Shown here: positions 21,501 to 33,831 of the stretch, piece after piece
Layout: each line of letters begins with the position of its first letter
How positions within the stretch are numbered: the first letter of the stretch is position 1
Origin: Candidatus Hydrogenedentota bacterium
Lineage (GTDB): Bacteria; Hydrogenedentota; Hydrogenedentia; Hydrogenedentales; SLHB01
Assembly: GCA_963745075.1 (NCBI GenBank)
Contig: CAVUWV010000027.1
Coordinates: forward strand, 1-64,000
Length of the DNA: 64,000 nucleotides
Direction: 5' to 3'
The notes under the pieces: generated by a model
What the model was told of the DNA's origin: nothing
Database searches by the model: none
Seen by the model: the letters and a program-made list of their open reading frames with translations, nothing else
Made by a program: the position numbers and the translations under genes

Positions 21501-22246
21501 CCCTTAACCGGATCTCCCGCGTCATCCTGACGTCGCGAGACAAGACCGCGGGCCGCATGAACATCAACACGGCGATCACCCGGATGGTGCAGACGAACAA
21601 TCCGCCCAACGATCCCACGAACTATTCGGCATACAACCCGCTCGTGGGTTTGCCGGGCATCGTCGGACTGTATACCCCCGACAACCTTGCCACGCCGGGA
21701 TTGGATCCGTCATTTAATTCGAGACCGTTCGGCGACGGAGATATCGCGCCTGCGGCCTTGGATAACGCGGGCATTGGTCCGTTCGATCCGTTGGCCCTGA
21801 ACGACGCTTTGGGCCGCGCGGAACGCGTATCGGCGACAACGGCCCGGGGTCCGGCAGGCGGCGACCCGGCGTACGTGACGATGGCGCGGTTGGATGGCCG
21901 GTATTACCAATTCCAGTCGGAATTGGTGGCGCGTGGGGACAACCTGATCAACGGGCCCGGCATTCAACTCACGCCGGCCTTGCTCGCGCCCAACACCATT
22001 GACGGGTCCGAGACGACATTACTCGAAGTGGCCGACAAACAGGCGACCCAGTTCGACGAGATGCGCGCGCGGTACGGGCGCATCGCGAACCTGATCACCG
22101 CGCGGTCCGATGTATTCGAGATCATCGTGACCGCCCAGAGCGGCTACGGTTTCGACGCCAACCACGACGGCCTGATTAACTGGCGCGATCCGGAAGAGTT
22201 CCGGGTCACCGGTGAACGAAAAACCCGCACGGTGTACGAACGGTGA
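15546..22246 (+). CDS. Giant GspK/PilX-like tip pilin (~2,200 aa) with DGxDNDxDG repeats and lamin-tail-like domain; multiple frameshifts in this sequence
   Basis: N-terminal G/AALIIAVAIFAILLAI; DESSKINLN; GRMNINTA; C-terminal LITARSDVFEIIVTAQ. Fragments 15546-18239, 18360-18683, 18831-19079, 19260-19463, 19387-19722, 19719-20438 and 20171-22246 read as one continuous protein across frame changes. Confidence 0.75.
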
Positions 22247-22564
22247 TCCACCGATTGCACCGATTGGGTCACGCGTTGCGTGACCATTAAAGACGAAGTT
22301 GAACGCGGCGGGACGTGTTATGGACAGCTTGTCCATGGTCCACAGCGCCCCCGCAGTGCAGTTGAAGATGGGTTCCCGCGTTCGCGGGAATGACGAAACG
22401 GGAGGTCCTCTCGCGGATACCCTTTTCCGTCATTCCCGCGAACGCGGGCATCCATCTTGAAGTTTGGAAAGGGTAATAACCATCGGTTGGCTTCGGATGC
22501 GCGGGATCGCGTTTGCCACGCAACGCGTGGCGCCGAATCGGTGACATCGGTGAAATCGGTGGAT
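22246..22564. repeat. Nested inverted-repeat element: 9-nt CACCGATTN microrepeat outer arms and REP/dRS3-like inner arms
   Basis: Outer arms 22246-22284 and 22515-22564; inner arms 22365-22395 and 22428-22458 (29/31 complementary, core TTCCCGCG-N2-CGCGGG). Confidence 0.9.
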
Positions 22565-22580
22565 AAAGGAGTCTTCATTC

Positions 22581-25500
22581 ATGCGGCATGGGACGTTTGA
22601 CGCGATGCGCTCGGTGGTTGCCGGCATGATTGCCGTTGCATTGCTGGCAGGGGCGGTACCGGCGTTCGCACAAGTCACCACCAACACCCTGATCGTGGCG
22701 TGCAAAGGCACGAACTGCGCGGGGTTGGGCGGCGCCGCGAATTCCCCGTACACCGAATTGCAGACTCCCCAAGGCGACGGCGCCATCGATGACGCTATTG
22801 CGCTGTCCGCCACCGTGGGCCGGGTGACGGTGCTCATCGTGGAAGACGACACCGGCGCCCCGTGGTCCGGCACCGCGCTGACCATCCCCGCCGATGCCGA
22901 TATTCGTCTCCTCGGCGTGCCCGACGATCCGGACGTGGGCGGCGCCTTCTCCGTCGTGCTCGAGGGCACCGGCGCGGCGCCCGTCATCACCATCGACGGC
23001 CAGGATTTGACGGAAGCGACGGACCGGCTCGAGATCGAAGGCATCACCCTGACCGGCGGCACGGACGGCGTCCTGGTCACCGGCACCACCGATGCCGGCA
23101 ACGCGACCGCCTACCAGCCCGTCATCAACCGCTGCTATATCACGGCCAATACCGAAAACGGCGTGCGCGTCGAAGGCAATGGCGCGCCGCTCCTGGTGAA
23201 CGACAGCATCAATCTCAACGGCGAAGATGGCGTCCACGTGGGCGACGGTCTGGGCGGCGTCGGGGCGTTCGCCGACCTGCTGCACTGCGACTCCCTCGAA
23301 AACGGCAACAACGGCGTCTACGTCGAAACCGGCAACGACGCCCGCGTGCGCAACTCGATCGTTTACCGCAACGGCGACGCAGACGGCGAAGGCGGTCTGG
23401 TCTGGCAGGCGAACGCTTTCATCAATCCGGATCAGGGACCCGTCGCCGGCGGCACGCAGGTCACTATTAACGGCACGAACTTCGGCGCGTCGCCGCAGGT
23501 CTTCTTCGGTCCGCCCAACCATAACGGCGGGGGACACCGAGCCTGCAACGTACGGGTCACGGACCGACACGCAGATCGTTTGCAATACACCGCCCGCGTG
23601 GACCGGAAACCCCGGGCCGGTCGATGTCTATATCGTGCGCACCGAAGACAACATGACCCAGGTCGTCCGCAACGGGTTTACCTACGTGGAAGCTGTTGGC
23701 ACCAGCCCCTCGGTGAGCAGTGTCGTTCCCGAGTGGGGCCCGCAAATCGGCCAAAACTGGGTCTACGTCTACGGAGCGAACTTCGACAGCAATCCCGGCG
23801 TGCTATTCGGCGGGGTTGCGTCTACGAAGGTCATCTGGCTTGATTCCGGGAAGTTACAGGTAAAAGTGCCTCCGGCGACGGCGCCGGGCAAGGTTGAAGT
23901 TCAGGTGCGAAATTCCAACGGCAACCTGAGCGCGATCGTACCCCCGGAAGACTACGAGTACCGTGCCACCACCGAACTCGCGCCGAACATCGTCCAGATT
24001 ACGCCGAACTATTACCGATCCCCGGCCGGCAGCGAAGCCAATACGAACGTTACCGCGCTGGCCGACGTGGTGGGTTTTTACTTTGTCGACGACGCCGTCG
24101 TGAAGATTGGCGGCATCGTATGTCCTCACGGCGACGTCACGATTATTGATGCGGCACACTCGCCGCCGTTGCTGAACATCACCGACGTGCAAATCCCCGT
24201 CTCGCAATTTGGCGCAGGGGGCTCCTACGACGTGGAAGTCGACAATCCCTCCGGGTTGCGCGACGTGTTGCCGAACGGCTTCACCTACTACGCCAACGGC
24301 GAACCCGAAACCAACCCGGACGGCCCCGCGGACGGCGGCGACGTTCTGGATGAAACCATGTGGCGGGCCGACCATCCCGACGTGCCCAGCGGCGGCAACA
24401 TGGTGCTGCTCGGGACGGCGATGAACCGGGTCCTTCTGGGCCACAGCTTTGACGAGACCATCGACGTCAGCTTCGATGCCGCTGGAACCGCCGTTGGCGG
24501 GCCAGTGACATATAACGGGGTTGGTCCAAACGATGCCAATTTCCCTCACAACCAACGGCAGATCCTCTTCCGCTTCCCGGACACGCCCGACGGCCCGCCC
24601 TTGTTATTAGCTGCAAGTGCGCGCGCGATCCCGGTGCAGGTGCGGAACACGGGCACGGTGCTGGGGAATGCGTCCACCGACTTCGCCACGGACACCACCA
24701 TGTACTACTGCCAGGACTTCGATCCGACCGCGCCTCCGGGTGCGGGTTCCGGGGACGGTCTCTATTTTGAAATCCAGGATGTGCGGGTCAGCGCGCTGGG
24801 CAGCCCGGACACGATCCAGATGGACGTCCGGAACTGGCGAAACAGCATGACCATCTTCGTCGGCCAGGCGGAAGCGACGCCGACCAATTCGCCTGTTCCG
24901 AACCCGGCTCCAGGTGGCACCACGATGGTCGAGTTCCAGGCGCCCACGCAGGGCCAGCAGGGCTTCTTCGGGCCGGTCGACATCCGCGTCGAGCTGCCCT
25001 CCGCCGACCCCAACAACGGCTTCGGCGAGACCCTCGTCACGACCGCGGAGAACGCTTACAGCTATCGCCGGGTGGACGACCCGCCCGAAGTCTATTCCGT
25101 CATTCCGCGCAGTGTTCCCGATACGAACACGCACGTCAAGGTGCTCGGCGCGAACTTCATCGGACCGGCGGGCACGACCAACGACGATGTCTTCACGCGG
25201 CTGGTACTGGTCTGGGCGAGCGGCGACGAAATCACCATCGCGCCGGGACAGGACGGGGTGAGTAACTACGAAGTGACCTCATTCGGTGAGATTAATTTCG
25301 ACTTCAATCTGTCAGATCCCGCGTTACTGATCCCGGTACGTATCTGCGCGGCGCGGCCAATTTGGTCGACGTCCGGGCCGAGCAGGTCCAGGGTACCACC
25401 GTGCTTTCGGATACCGGCGGTAACCCTCTGGCGTCGACCCTGGCCGATGCGCTGTACTTCCAGAGCGGTCCCCCGGAAATTACAAACGTCAATCCCACGG

Positions 25501-28500
25501 AGGGACCCGTCAGCGGATTTAACGCGATTACCGGGCTTCCCGTGAACGTGACGGTTTCGGGCGCCAATCTCGGTACGGTTGCCGAGCCGCCGATCGTGCG
25601 GTTTGGCAGTGCTGAAGCGCTCATCGTCGACCCCTCGCTCTTGCCCGACTCGGTCGTCGTCGCATTACCGCCCGCGCCGCAAGGCTTGCCGGGAACCTAC
25701 GACGTGACCGTCATCCATACGTCCGCCGACCAGCAGCAGGCGGTGCTCCACGACGCGTTCACCTACTACATGGATGGGCGCCCGGTAATTACCGAGATCG
25801 AACCGAACCATACGGAGTTCGATCCGAATAACCCGCCAACTACGACGGACAAGACCTACGTCACGATTCGCGGGTACAACTTTGATGATATCGTGCGCGT
25901 GCACTTCACCGATCCCAGCGGCGACGAGTACGAGCAAACGTATTACAGCGTTTCGCCGACCGAGATCGTCGTGTCTCTGCCCGATTTCCAGACCGAACTG
26001 GTGCTGGATGCAGCAACGGATTACACCAGCGGTGTGGCAACGCTGCAAGTCACGGTTCAGAACGATCCATTGACATTGCATACGGTGGCCGAAGAGCAAA
26101 GTCTTACCAGCGATCCGCCCACAGAATTCTACGTCTACAACGACGCGCGCGGCGACGTGACACCCGCGGGACCGATATTCGCTTTCAACAACGTCTACTT
26201 CAATCGGGAGAATTACATCAACAGCCAACCCGGGACCGGGAGCATCAGCGTCGATCCCATGTTCGATACCGGACAAGGCACCGTGCCCGTGCCGGGGCCG
26301 AAACTCGTGGCAATCCAGCCGGGCGGCTGGTGGTACGGCAAGCTGCTGGCGACCGCGCTGAGCGCCGGTGAGTTCCGCGACAACCCGGTCCGCAACAAGG
26401 CCGGCGAGTTTACAGCGGATCCCTATACCACCGCCGACTTCGAGTACGAGCCGCGACCGGATCCGCCCCAGAACCAGAACATCCAGGGCACCGGAAGTAC
26501 CGGGGATGAACTTCCCGACATCGGCGCGGACGAGATCAACGGCTTTAACGATGCCGATTGCGGGTGGCTCTTCGCGCGCCCGACGCCGAATCCCGTGGGC
26601 GCGCTGGAGGCGGGCGATTTGCAGGTCGAGATCCAGGTCACGCCCGGCTGCATCGATCCCGCGGCGTTCATCGTGCCCCAAGGCGCGGACCCCGAGTTGG
26701 ACGCGCACCGAATTCATCTCAATCTCATCGTTCGTCTCGGACGCGGCGGGTACCTGTACCGCAACGAGGAACCGATTCAGACCTTGCTCGAGGACAACGA
26801 CCTCGACGGCGAGCCGTCTCAAGGCGACTACCTGATGGACGGTCACGCCGCTATCTATCTCGTCGACGCCCGGGACGACACCAATATCATCGGGTACGAC
26901 GAGACGCTGGGCGTCGGCGACCTGACGGAAGGCGGACTCATCCAGTCTCAAGCCGTCTATGGCCGGCATTTCATCATCGACACGATTCCGCCGCGCATTC
27001 GCGTGGAGTCCGCGACCTACGGGACCAACGGATTCGACAACGTGATCATCGGGGCGAGCCCCGTGGGCATCATGACGGACAGCAACGACACCATCGACGC
27101 CAATGCCACGCCCGATGCCGCGTTGCATCCCTTCCCCCTGCCCCCAGCCCTGTTGCCTGACGGCACGCAGTGGGATCCCGCAAATATTGACGTCCCGGTG
27201 GACTACCTCGGCGGTATCACGCTGCCGCCGTTAGCGGGTGTAGACGGCACCAAGGTGTTCTTCAACCCCGGGTCCATTTCCAACTACGACGCGGCCAGCC
27301 CGCCGCCGACGAATCTGACCTTTACGGCGACCATCGAATACATCGATCCGCCCGTCACCGATCCCGACGGCAACGAGATTGGCGGCAATCCCGAAGACCA
27401 GGATATCTTTATCCCCGCGATGGACACGCGCCAGCGGGCCGGGTTCCTCCCGGTAGAGCCACCGACGGACGCCTTCGATATCGGCGCGGGCCGTTGGCTC
27501 TATGCCGACGGCACCAGTGCCAATTTCATGGCCGGGGCGCCCGTCATCGGCACCTACACCACCAGCGGTGCAGGTCCAGGCAGCAACCAGGGCGTGTACG
27601 ATCCGGCGTTCCTTGAAGCAACCGGCGATGGCGTGCCGCCGCCCGTGGCCGTCCAGGACATATCCAACGAGGTCTTGACGGCCACCTGGACCGTGCAGGC
27701 GCCGGGCATCGACTGGAATTTGGCGGATGCCGACACCTTCCATGTCGCCGCGCGCTTGATTGCCGAGGATCTCGCCGGCAATTCGACGCCCGATGAGGAA
27801 GATTTTAATGCCGATCCGCTTCACATCTGGTGGTTGCTCGAGGCGCAAAGCCGGCTCGTGCCCGACCGCGAAGGTCAGGCCACCAACCGGCCTACGTTTA
27901 CGATGCAACTGAATCGGAGTTACGATCCCCAGGCCGCAGGCGGTCCGGTGCCGATCTTTATGTACCGCATCTACGCCTCGACCGATTACCAGGGGCCGTA
28001 TACGCCCGTCACCGGTTGGTCGGCATGGACCGCGTCGACCTCGATCGACACCTTCAGCACGCTCGGCGTCGTGGGCCAATGGCTGCTGGTCGTATGCCAG
28101 GGCGCCGACGAAGCGGGCAACGTCGAACCGTGGTGGGGCGGGTTAACTGGCCCCACGCCGGTCCCGCCGGCCGATGGCCCCATCGATCTCACGGACCCGC
28201 TGTACGACGAGTGGGCGCGGCAGTTGCCGAACTGGCAGCGGTTCTTCTATTCCGGCATCGAAGCGCCCGATACCAAAGTGGATCCCACATTCTGGTACGA
28301 CGCCAACGACAACTCGGCCATCGATGCGGGTGAAACCAGCTTCGGTCGCAGCCGGCTGATCCCTTTGCCGGGGGATTACCGAGTCGTCCCTGTTCGAGCC
28401 CAGTTCCTGGTGTCGACCGCCCGGCCACCCGGCAGCAGCGGCGACTATCTCGTTCAATGGGAGTTCCTCCAAGACGGCAAGTTGGTGGATTCGCAAGTTT

Positions 28501-28826
28501 TACCACAAACGTTCACGTCCGACACCCAAGCCTTCGCTATATACGCGTCGACTCCACCGGTTATTACGAATCTTGACGGCACCATATTCCTCGGCGACGT
28601 GCCGCTGCCCGGAGAGAATCGTCCGCCCCAGCGGCCGATAACGTACGTCTTTCGTGCGCGCGCGTTCATCGATAGCGATGGCGACGGCGTCCCGTCCCTG
28701 GGAGATATTGCGGACCAGACCCCGGCCAACGTGTACTTCACGGTGGTGCCGACGGGGGTTCCGAACTACGTCAAGTCGCCGACGGACGAGGATTCGCAGC
28801 CGATCAAGGAGCAAGAGATTCGCTAA
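22581..28826 (+). CDS. Giant secreted surface protein (~2,080 aa): right-handed beta-helix plus ~8 IPT/TIG domains and C-terminal Ig-like domains; two frameshifts
   Basis: Sec signal ending AFA/Q; PbH1-like repeats (NTENGVRV, NGEDGVHV, NGNNGVYV); repeated P.I..V.P..GP..G...V.I.G.NF ... GFTY units; PDIGADE. Frame changes at ~23515 and ~25320. Confidence 0.8.
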
Positions 28827-28970
28827 ACAGTTGAGATAACGCGTTCGGATACGGTTAAATAAGAGCACGGCAACTCCGTGGTTTTGGGCGCAGGCGACTC
28901 GCCGTGAGGGGCCCGCGTCGCGGAGAAGTTCTCTGGGGTGAGGAGTTTGAGCCAACCTGCGAGGGTGTCC

Positions 28971-30377
28971 ATGACCGCACGCCAGTGGCCTGCTATCGGA
29001 TTGGTGATTGCCGCTGTCATTCTGACTTGGGCGGGATGCGGAGGCAACGAAAAACAGAAGTACCCGACAACCTTGGTCGTTGAAACGTCCCCCGAAAACG
29101 GGGCTACGGTCGCGATCGGCGGCGCACCTTACGGCCAGACACCGGTAACGGCGCAAGGGTTGGCGCCGGGGCCGGTCCTCGTGGAAGTCGCCAAAGACGG
29201 GTATAAGGACGCATACGAAACTGTGCGCGTGCCCGATAAAGGCGAGGTTCGCGTTACACTCGAATTGAAACCCTTGGTTGGCTACTTGACCGTTCAGTCC
29301 AATCCGGACCACGCGGATGTGTATCTGGACGGTCAGAAGTCTCTCGGCGTGACGCCGCTGACGGACATCCCGATTCCATCCGGTGAGCACACGCTGATGT
29401 TGAAGAAGGACAAGTACCAGGACACCAAGGCTTCTCTCGAGATTCGCACGGATTTCAAGTATCGCAAGAGCTACGAACTGAAGCCGAACAAGGCGCAACT
29501 GGAGGTATTCTCGTCGCCGACTGGTGCAAACATCTGGTTGAACAACCAGATCCTGGAAGACAAGACGCCGGTGAAATTGGCGCTTGTGCCGGGTTCGTAT
29601 ACGGTCAGTGTGTATGCGCGCGGCTACATTATGGCCGAAGACGTGGTCGAGTTGGGTCCGGCCGAAAAACGGTCCGTCGATTTGAAGATGAAAGAAGGCG
29701 CTGCTCCTCCCGGGATGGTGCTGGTTCCCGGTGGAGAATTCATCTGCGGCGAAGACGATCAGGCCCCCGACGAACGGCCGCGGCGGAAGCTCGACATGGA
29801 AGCGTTTTATATTGACAAGTATGAGGTTACGAACGCCCAGTACAAGGCGGTGTTCCCAACCCACACATTTGAAAAAGGCTTAGAGAACTACCCGGTGACC
29901 GGGGTTTCGTGGGAGCAGGCCTCTGCCTACGCCAACGCCGTGAAGAAACGCCTTCCCACGGAAGAAGAGTGGGAAAAGGCGGCTCGGGGCACTGACGGAC
30001 GCGAATACCCATGGGGCGAGTTGTTCGACCCGACCTTGGCCAATACCGGCGGGGCGCCCAACGCAAAGCCGGTCGAGGTAGGTCAATACCGGGGCGGGGC
30101 GTCCCCCTACGGATGCATGGATATGGCTGGAAATGCCTATGAGTGGACATCGAGCTGGTACAAGGCCTATCCCGGCAACCAGGAGATTAAGAAGGATTAC
30201 GGCCAAGTCTACCGGGTGTTGCGGGGCGGGTCGTTTCGCACCAGCGCATACGATGCCCGTTGCGCGAAACGGCATTACGCGAGGATGGACGCAGTTCGGA
30301 ACGACTACGGTTTTCGCTGCGTGGCCGATATCAAGGACGAATCGGGCAAACCCGGGCTGAATGCGGGGCTGGAATAG
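28971..30377 (+). CDS. Lipoprotein with three PEGA domains and a C-terminal FGE-sulfatase (SUMF1) domain
   Basis: Lipobox WAGC; PEGA repeats (V.S.P..A.V.LDG...G.TP); FYIDKYEVTN, RLPTEEEWEKAARG, DMAGNAYEW, RVLRGGSF, GFRC. Confidence 0.9.
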   Translation: MTARQWPAIGLVIAAVILTWAGCGGNEKQKYPTTLVVETSPENGATVAIGGAPYGQTPVTAQGLAPGPVLVEVAKDGYKDAYETVRVPDKGEVRVTLELKPLVGYLTVQSNPDHADVYLDGQKSLGVTPLTDIPIPSGEHTLMLKKDKYQDTKASLEIRTDFKYRKSYELKPNKAQLEVFSSPTGANIWLNNQILEDKTPVKLALVPGSYTVSVYARGYIMAEDVVELGPAEKRSVDLKMKEGAAPPGMVLVPGGEFICGEDDQAPDERPRRKLDMEAFYIDKYEVTNAQYKAVFPTHTFEKGLENYPVTGVSWEQASAYANAVKKRLPTEEEWEKAARGTDGREYPWGELFDPTLANTGGAPNAKPVEVGQYRGGASPYGCMDMAGNAYEWTSSWYKAYPGNQEIKKDYGQVYRVLRGGSFRTSAYDARCAKRHYARMDAVRNDYGFRCVADIKDESGKPGLNAGLE

Positions 30378-30411
30378 GAGCTGGAAACAGTTGTCACAGC
30401 GGATTTTATTG

Positions 30412-30440
30412 TTGACAACCTTACTTTCGTATACTACAAT
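30412..30440 (+). promoter_or_regulatory. sigma70-type promoter of pilM operon
   Basis: TTGACA(30412-30417)-17 bp-TACAAT(30435-30440). Confidence 0.7.
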
Positions 30441-30596
30441 CGAAACCAAGGGCTTAAGAGGTCAGCGGTGCGCGTGACGGGGTTCAGAATTCGTTTTTCG
30501 TTAAACGCGTGTGCTGTTGCCATCGCGGGACATTCTGGGGATGTCGGCAACAGTGGGGCTCCTTAATTTGCCGCCGGTGAAGGGACAAGTGTAGCG

Positions 30597-32774
30597 ATGG
30601 CCAAAGCGAAACGCTCACGGTTGAAGCGGCTGGTTCTCGACGTGGGTACGAGTGCCGTCCGGTTGTGTGAACTCTCACATACGAAAACCGGCTACCAACT
30701 CACAAAGTATTACCATCGCGAGTTTTCCGTCGATCCGTCCATGGACGAAGAGGAGCAGCGAAAACAACGCGCCGATACGTTGCGAGAGCTTCTCAAGGAC
30801 GCCAAGGTGCGCCTGAAAAAGACGGTCATCGGCGTCCCCGGTCAGTCCGTATTCACGCGTACCCGGGCGCTTCCCCCCGTTCCCGAATACAAAGTGACGC
30901 AGATTGTCCGCTACGAGATTCAGCAGCAGATTCCCTTCTCGCTCGACCAAATCGCCTTTGATTACCAAGTGCTGCAGCGCACCGAAGCGGGTGGTTACGA
31001 CGTTCTAATGGCGGCCATCAAGGTTGACGTGGTCGAAAAGCGGCTGGATATCATCCGCGACGTCAAACGCCAGATTGACACCGTCGATGTGTGCCCCTTG
31101 GCTGCGTACAACTGGCTCAAGTACACCGGCGAATTTGGCGAGGACGGCGACTGTGTGGCCTTGATCGATCTCGGCGCGGCAACGACCGATATCGTCGTCG
31201 AACGCGACAATCAATTTCGCTTCACCCGTAGCTTGAACCTGGGTGGAAACGACATCTCCTCGGCGGTTGCCGCCGAATTCGGGGTTTCCTTCGCGGAAGC
31301 CGAAAAAATGAAGCGTGAACGTGGGTTCGCGCCTTCCGGAGATCCGCAGCGCGACGGCAAAGGCGGCGAGGTCATCGGGCGCGTCCTGAGCCGGCTGGTA
31401 TCCGAGATTTCGCGCTCGTTCGCGTACTTCCGATCCCAGCCGGGCGGCGGCCCGGTTTCCCGAATCATCGTGACGGGTGGCGGGGCTTGTCTCCGGAACA
31501 TGATTCCCTATTTGCAGCGCCAGTTGGGGATCGAAGTGCGGATCGCCCAGCCCTTGGCCGGTCTGGCGATCGCCCCGGGCGCGCAAGAAGTCAATGAACA
31601 CCCCGAACAGGCGGCGGTGGCCTTGGGACTGGCGCTGCGGTGTTGCGAGCGGGTTGCCATTGGCGTGAACTTAATCCCGCCGCGAATTCTCGAGTCGGCG
31701 CGCCGTAAAGAGCAGGCGGTCTATTGGGGGCTGTCGCTCTTGACTCTGGCGCTCATCGTGGCGTCGATCATTCCGTCCTTGGCCCAGAAGAACCGGATGG
31801 TTCTCGAGCAAATCGAACTCGAGAAGACCGCGGTCAGCCGATACGATCCGCGATTGCTTAACGAGCCGGGTTCGCCCGAAACCTGGAAATCGCCCTATGA
31901 GAAAGACTTAGCCGAGGCCAAGTCCGAGATCCAAGCGCTACCAGGATGTTGTGGGTAAGTTGGATTCTGTCTACGCTTCCGTCAAACCTTGGCTCGAGTA
32001 TATGGTCTCGATCAATGATGCCCGGCCACAGGGGAAGCTGGTGCTTATCTGGTCGTTGGAGACGACGCTGTTGTCGCGTGCGCCAGAGTATGGTCCCGCC
32101 GAGACGCAGAGCACGGGGCCGGCCGGTCGTACATCCTTGGCGCCGCCACCGCTGAAATACAATAGCTCCGGATTCCGTGGCATCCAATCCGGAATCGGGG
32201 CCAGCCCTGTGTCGAGCCGCCGCCGCCACGACCGGGGTGCGAGATTCTCAACCACAGGCACAAGCCGGCGGCGAGGCAACGAACCAGCCGGCTCTGTACA
32301 ACGGCATCGCAATTCAGGGGTTTGCCGACAGTTTTGAGACGATTCAGCAATACGTGGCAAACCTGAAAGAATCGGGCGATTTCCTTGATGGAGATGGCGT
32401 GTTTTACGATGACCGCTTCACCAATCCGGTCCCCCCGTCCGCCTTGGAAAATGCTACGTCTTACGGGGTTTCGGCCGGCAGTAGAACGTCCGTCGGACAT
32501 GGGGGTTCGGGAGCAAGTTTGGGAAGTACTGGGAGCAGTCGACACGGCCGGGACGACGAGGACGGCGGTTCCGTTCTTAGCGGTCTCAGGGGTCTTCGCG
32601 CGCCAAGCGGCCGCTCTACTGGGCCCGGGAACCAGCCCGCCGGAAAGTCTGTGGGCGTTGCCTAGTTCCATTTATACATTCCGCATCGATCTCCAATTCT
32701 CCGGCGTGCCGGCGGATAAGCAAGAACCTCCGAGAACGGTACTGCCGTCCGGACGAACAGCGCATGGCCGGTAA
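30597..32774 (+). CDS. pilM: PilM-PilN fusion (frameshifted after ~31935)
   Basis: PilM motifs LDVGTSAVR, IRYEIQQQIPF, LIDLGAATT and IVTGGGACL, followed in frame by the PilN-type VNLIPP motif and TM. Continues via frame changes to IAIQGFA...YTFRIDLQF. Confidence 0.8.
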
Positions 32775-32792
32775 GGTAGGTAAGAGGAGCGC

Positions 32793-33702
32793 ATGAAGAA
32801 GCAGCATATCATTACGATCCTGGTATTGCTCGTCGTTGCTCGGCGCGGGGGGCGCGGTTTATCAGTTCTATTTCAAGGAACAGGTGGATAGGTACAACGC
32901 CAACGCGATCTATCTGAAATCGATCGAGAACAAACGTGCCGACTTGGATCGGAAGTTCAATGGTAAGAAGCCGGATGAGATGGTTGCCCGCTATCGGCAG
33001 CTCGTCAATCCTTGGATCGACGCCGCTGAAAGTCGTGCGCGAATCTTCAACATCGAGGATTATACCAAGGTCGATCCGGTCCCCGAAGGGGTTCTCGCAC
33101 GGCCGTATTATATCGAGCATGTGGAGGGAATGAAGAACCAGCTCCTCACGGACGCATATAACGCCGGTGTGGCGTTGGTGAACGTGGACACCTATTTCGG
33201 GCGTCCAACCCCCGCCGATCTGTCCAGTACCACGATAACGGCGAACGACGCGACGAACTGGCTGAGCGAGGTCCAATTAGGCTCGTCCATCATTCGTCTG
33301 CTCATATCGAAGGGTGCCATCCAAATCAACAATTTCGATATGTGGCCGGAGGAGTTGAAGGCAGAAATATTCTTGAGGCGCACATTCGGCGTGGATATGT
33401 GGATTCGGATGAGCAATTTCTGCAAGCTCGTCCAGGACCTGCAGTATGACGACCGTACCTTTTTTACCGTTGCGTCATTCCGCCTTCAAAATCCGCAACT
33501 CCGCAGCTACGATCCGCCGTTGCACGTCGAATTGATCATTACGATGGCGGACTACAAACCGCCAAAGGAGCTACAGAAAGCCACAGAAACTGGCGGCGCC
33601 TCGGTCGCCTCGAACGGCGCATCGCAATTGGATCAGGCCTTGGACCGCGTGCAGCAGACGCGATTGAATCGAGAATCGGAGACACAAAATTCCACGGAAT
33701 AA
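32793..33702 (+). CDS. PilO-like inner-membrane protein (frameshift near 32835)
   Basis: RBS AGAGGAG plus ATG 32793 (MKKQHIITILVLLVV) joins the 32836 ORF; N-terminal TM, coiled coil; position after pilMN. Confidence 0.55.
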
Positions 33703-33831
33703 CAAATGGGCCGGAGGAACCGGCGCGTGGGTGCGTCGTGTGCACGAGATGTGCGGCGAGCGTACAACATACAATGATGGACATGGTGATGACGGCGTTT
33801 CCGCAGAGGAAGGTTTCAGGCAAACAGTCCA

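Noticed and set aside
30200..30330. FGE/C-type-lectin C-terminus as a DGR variable region
   Set aside because: No template repeat, reverse transcriptase or avd gene seen in the window.
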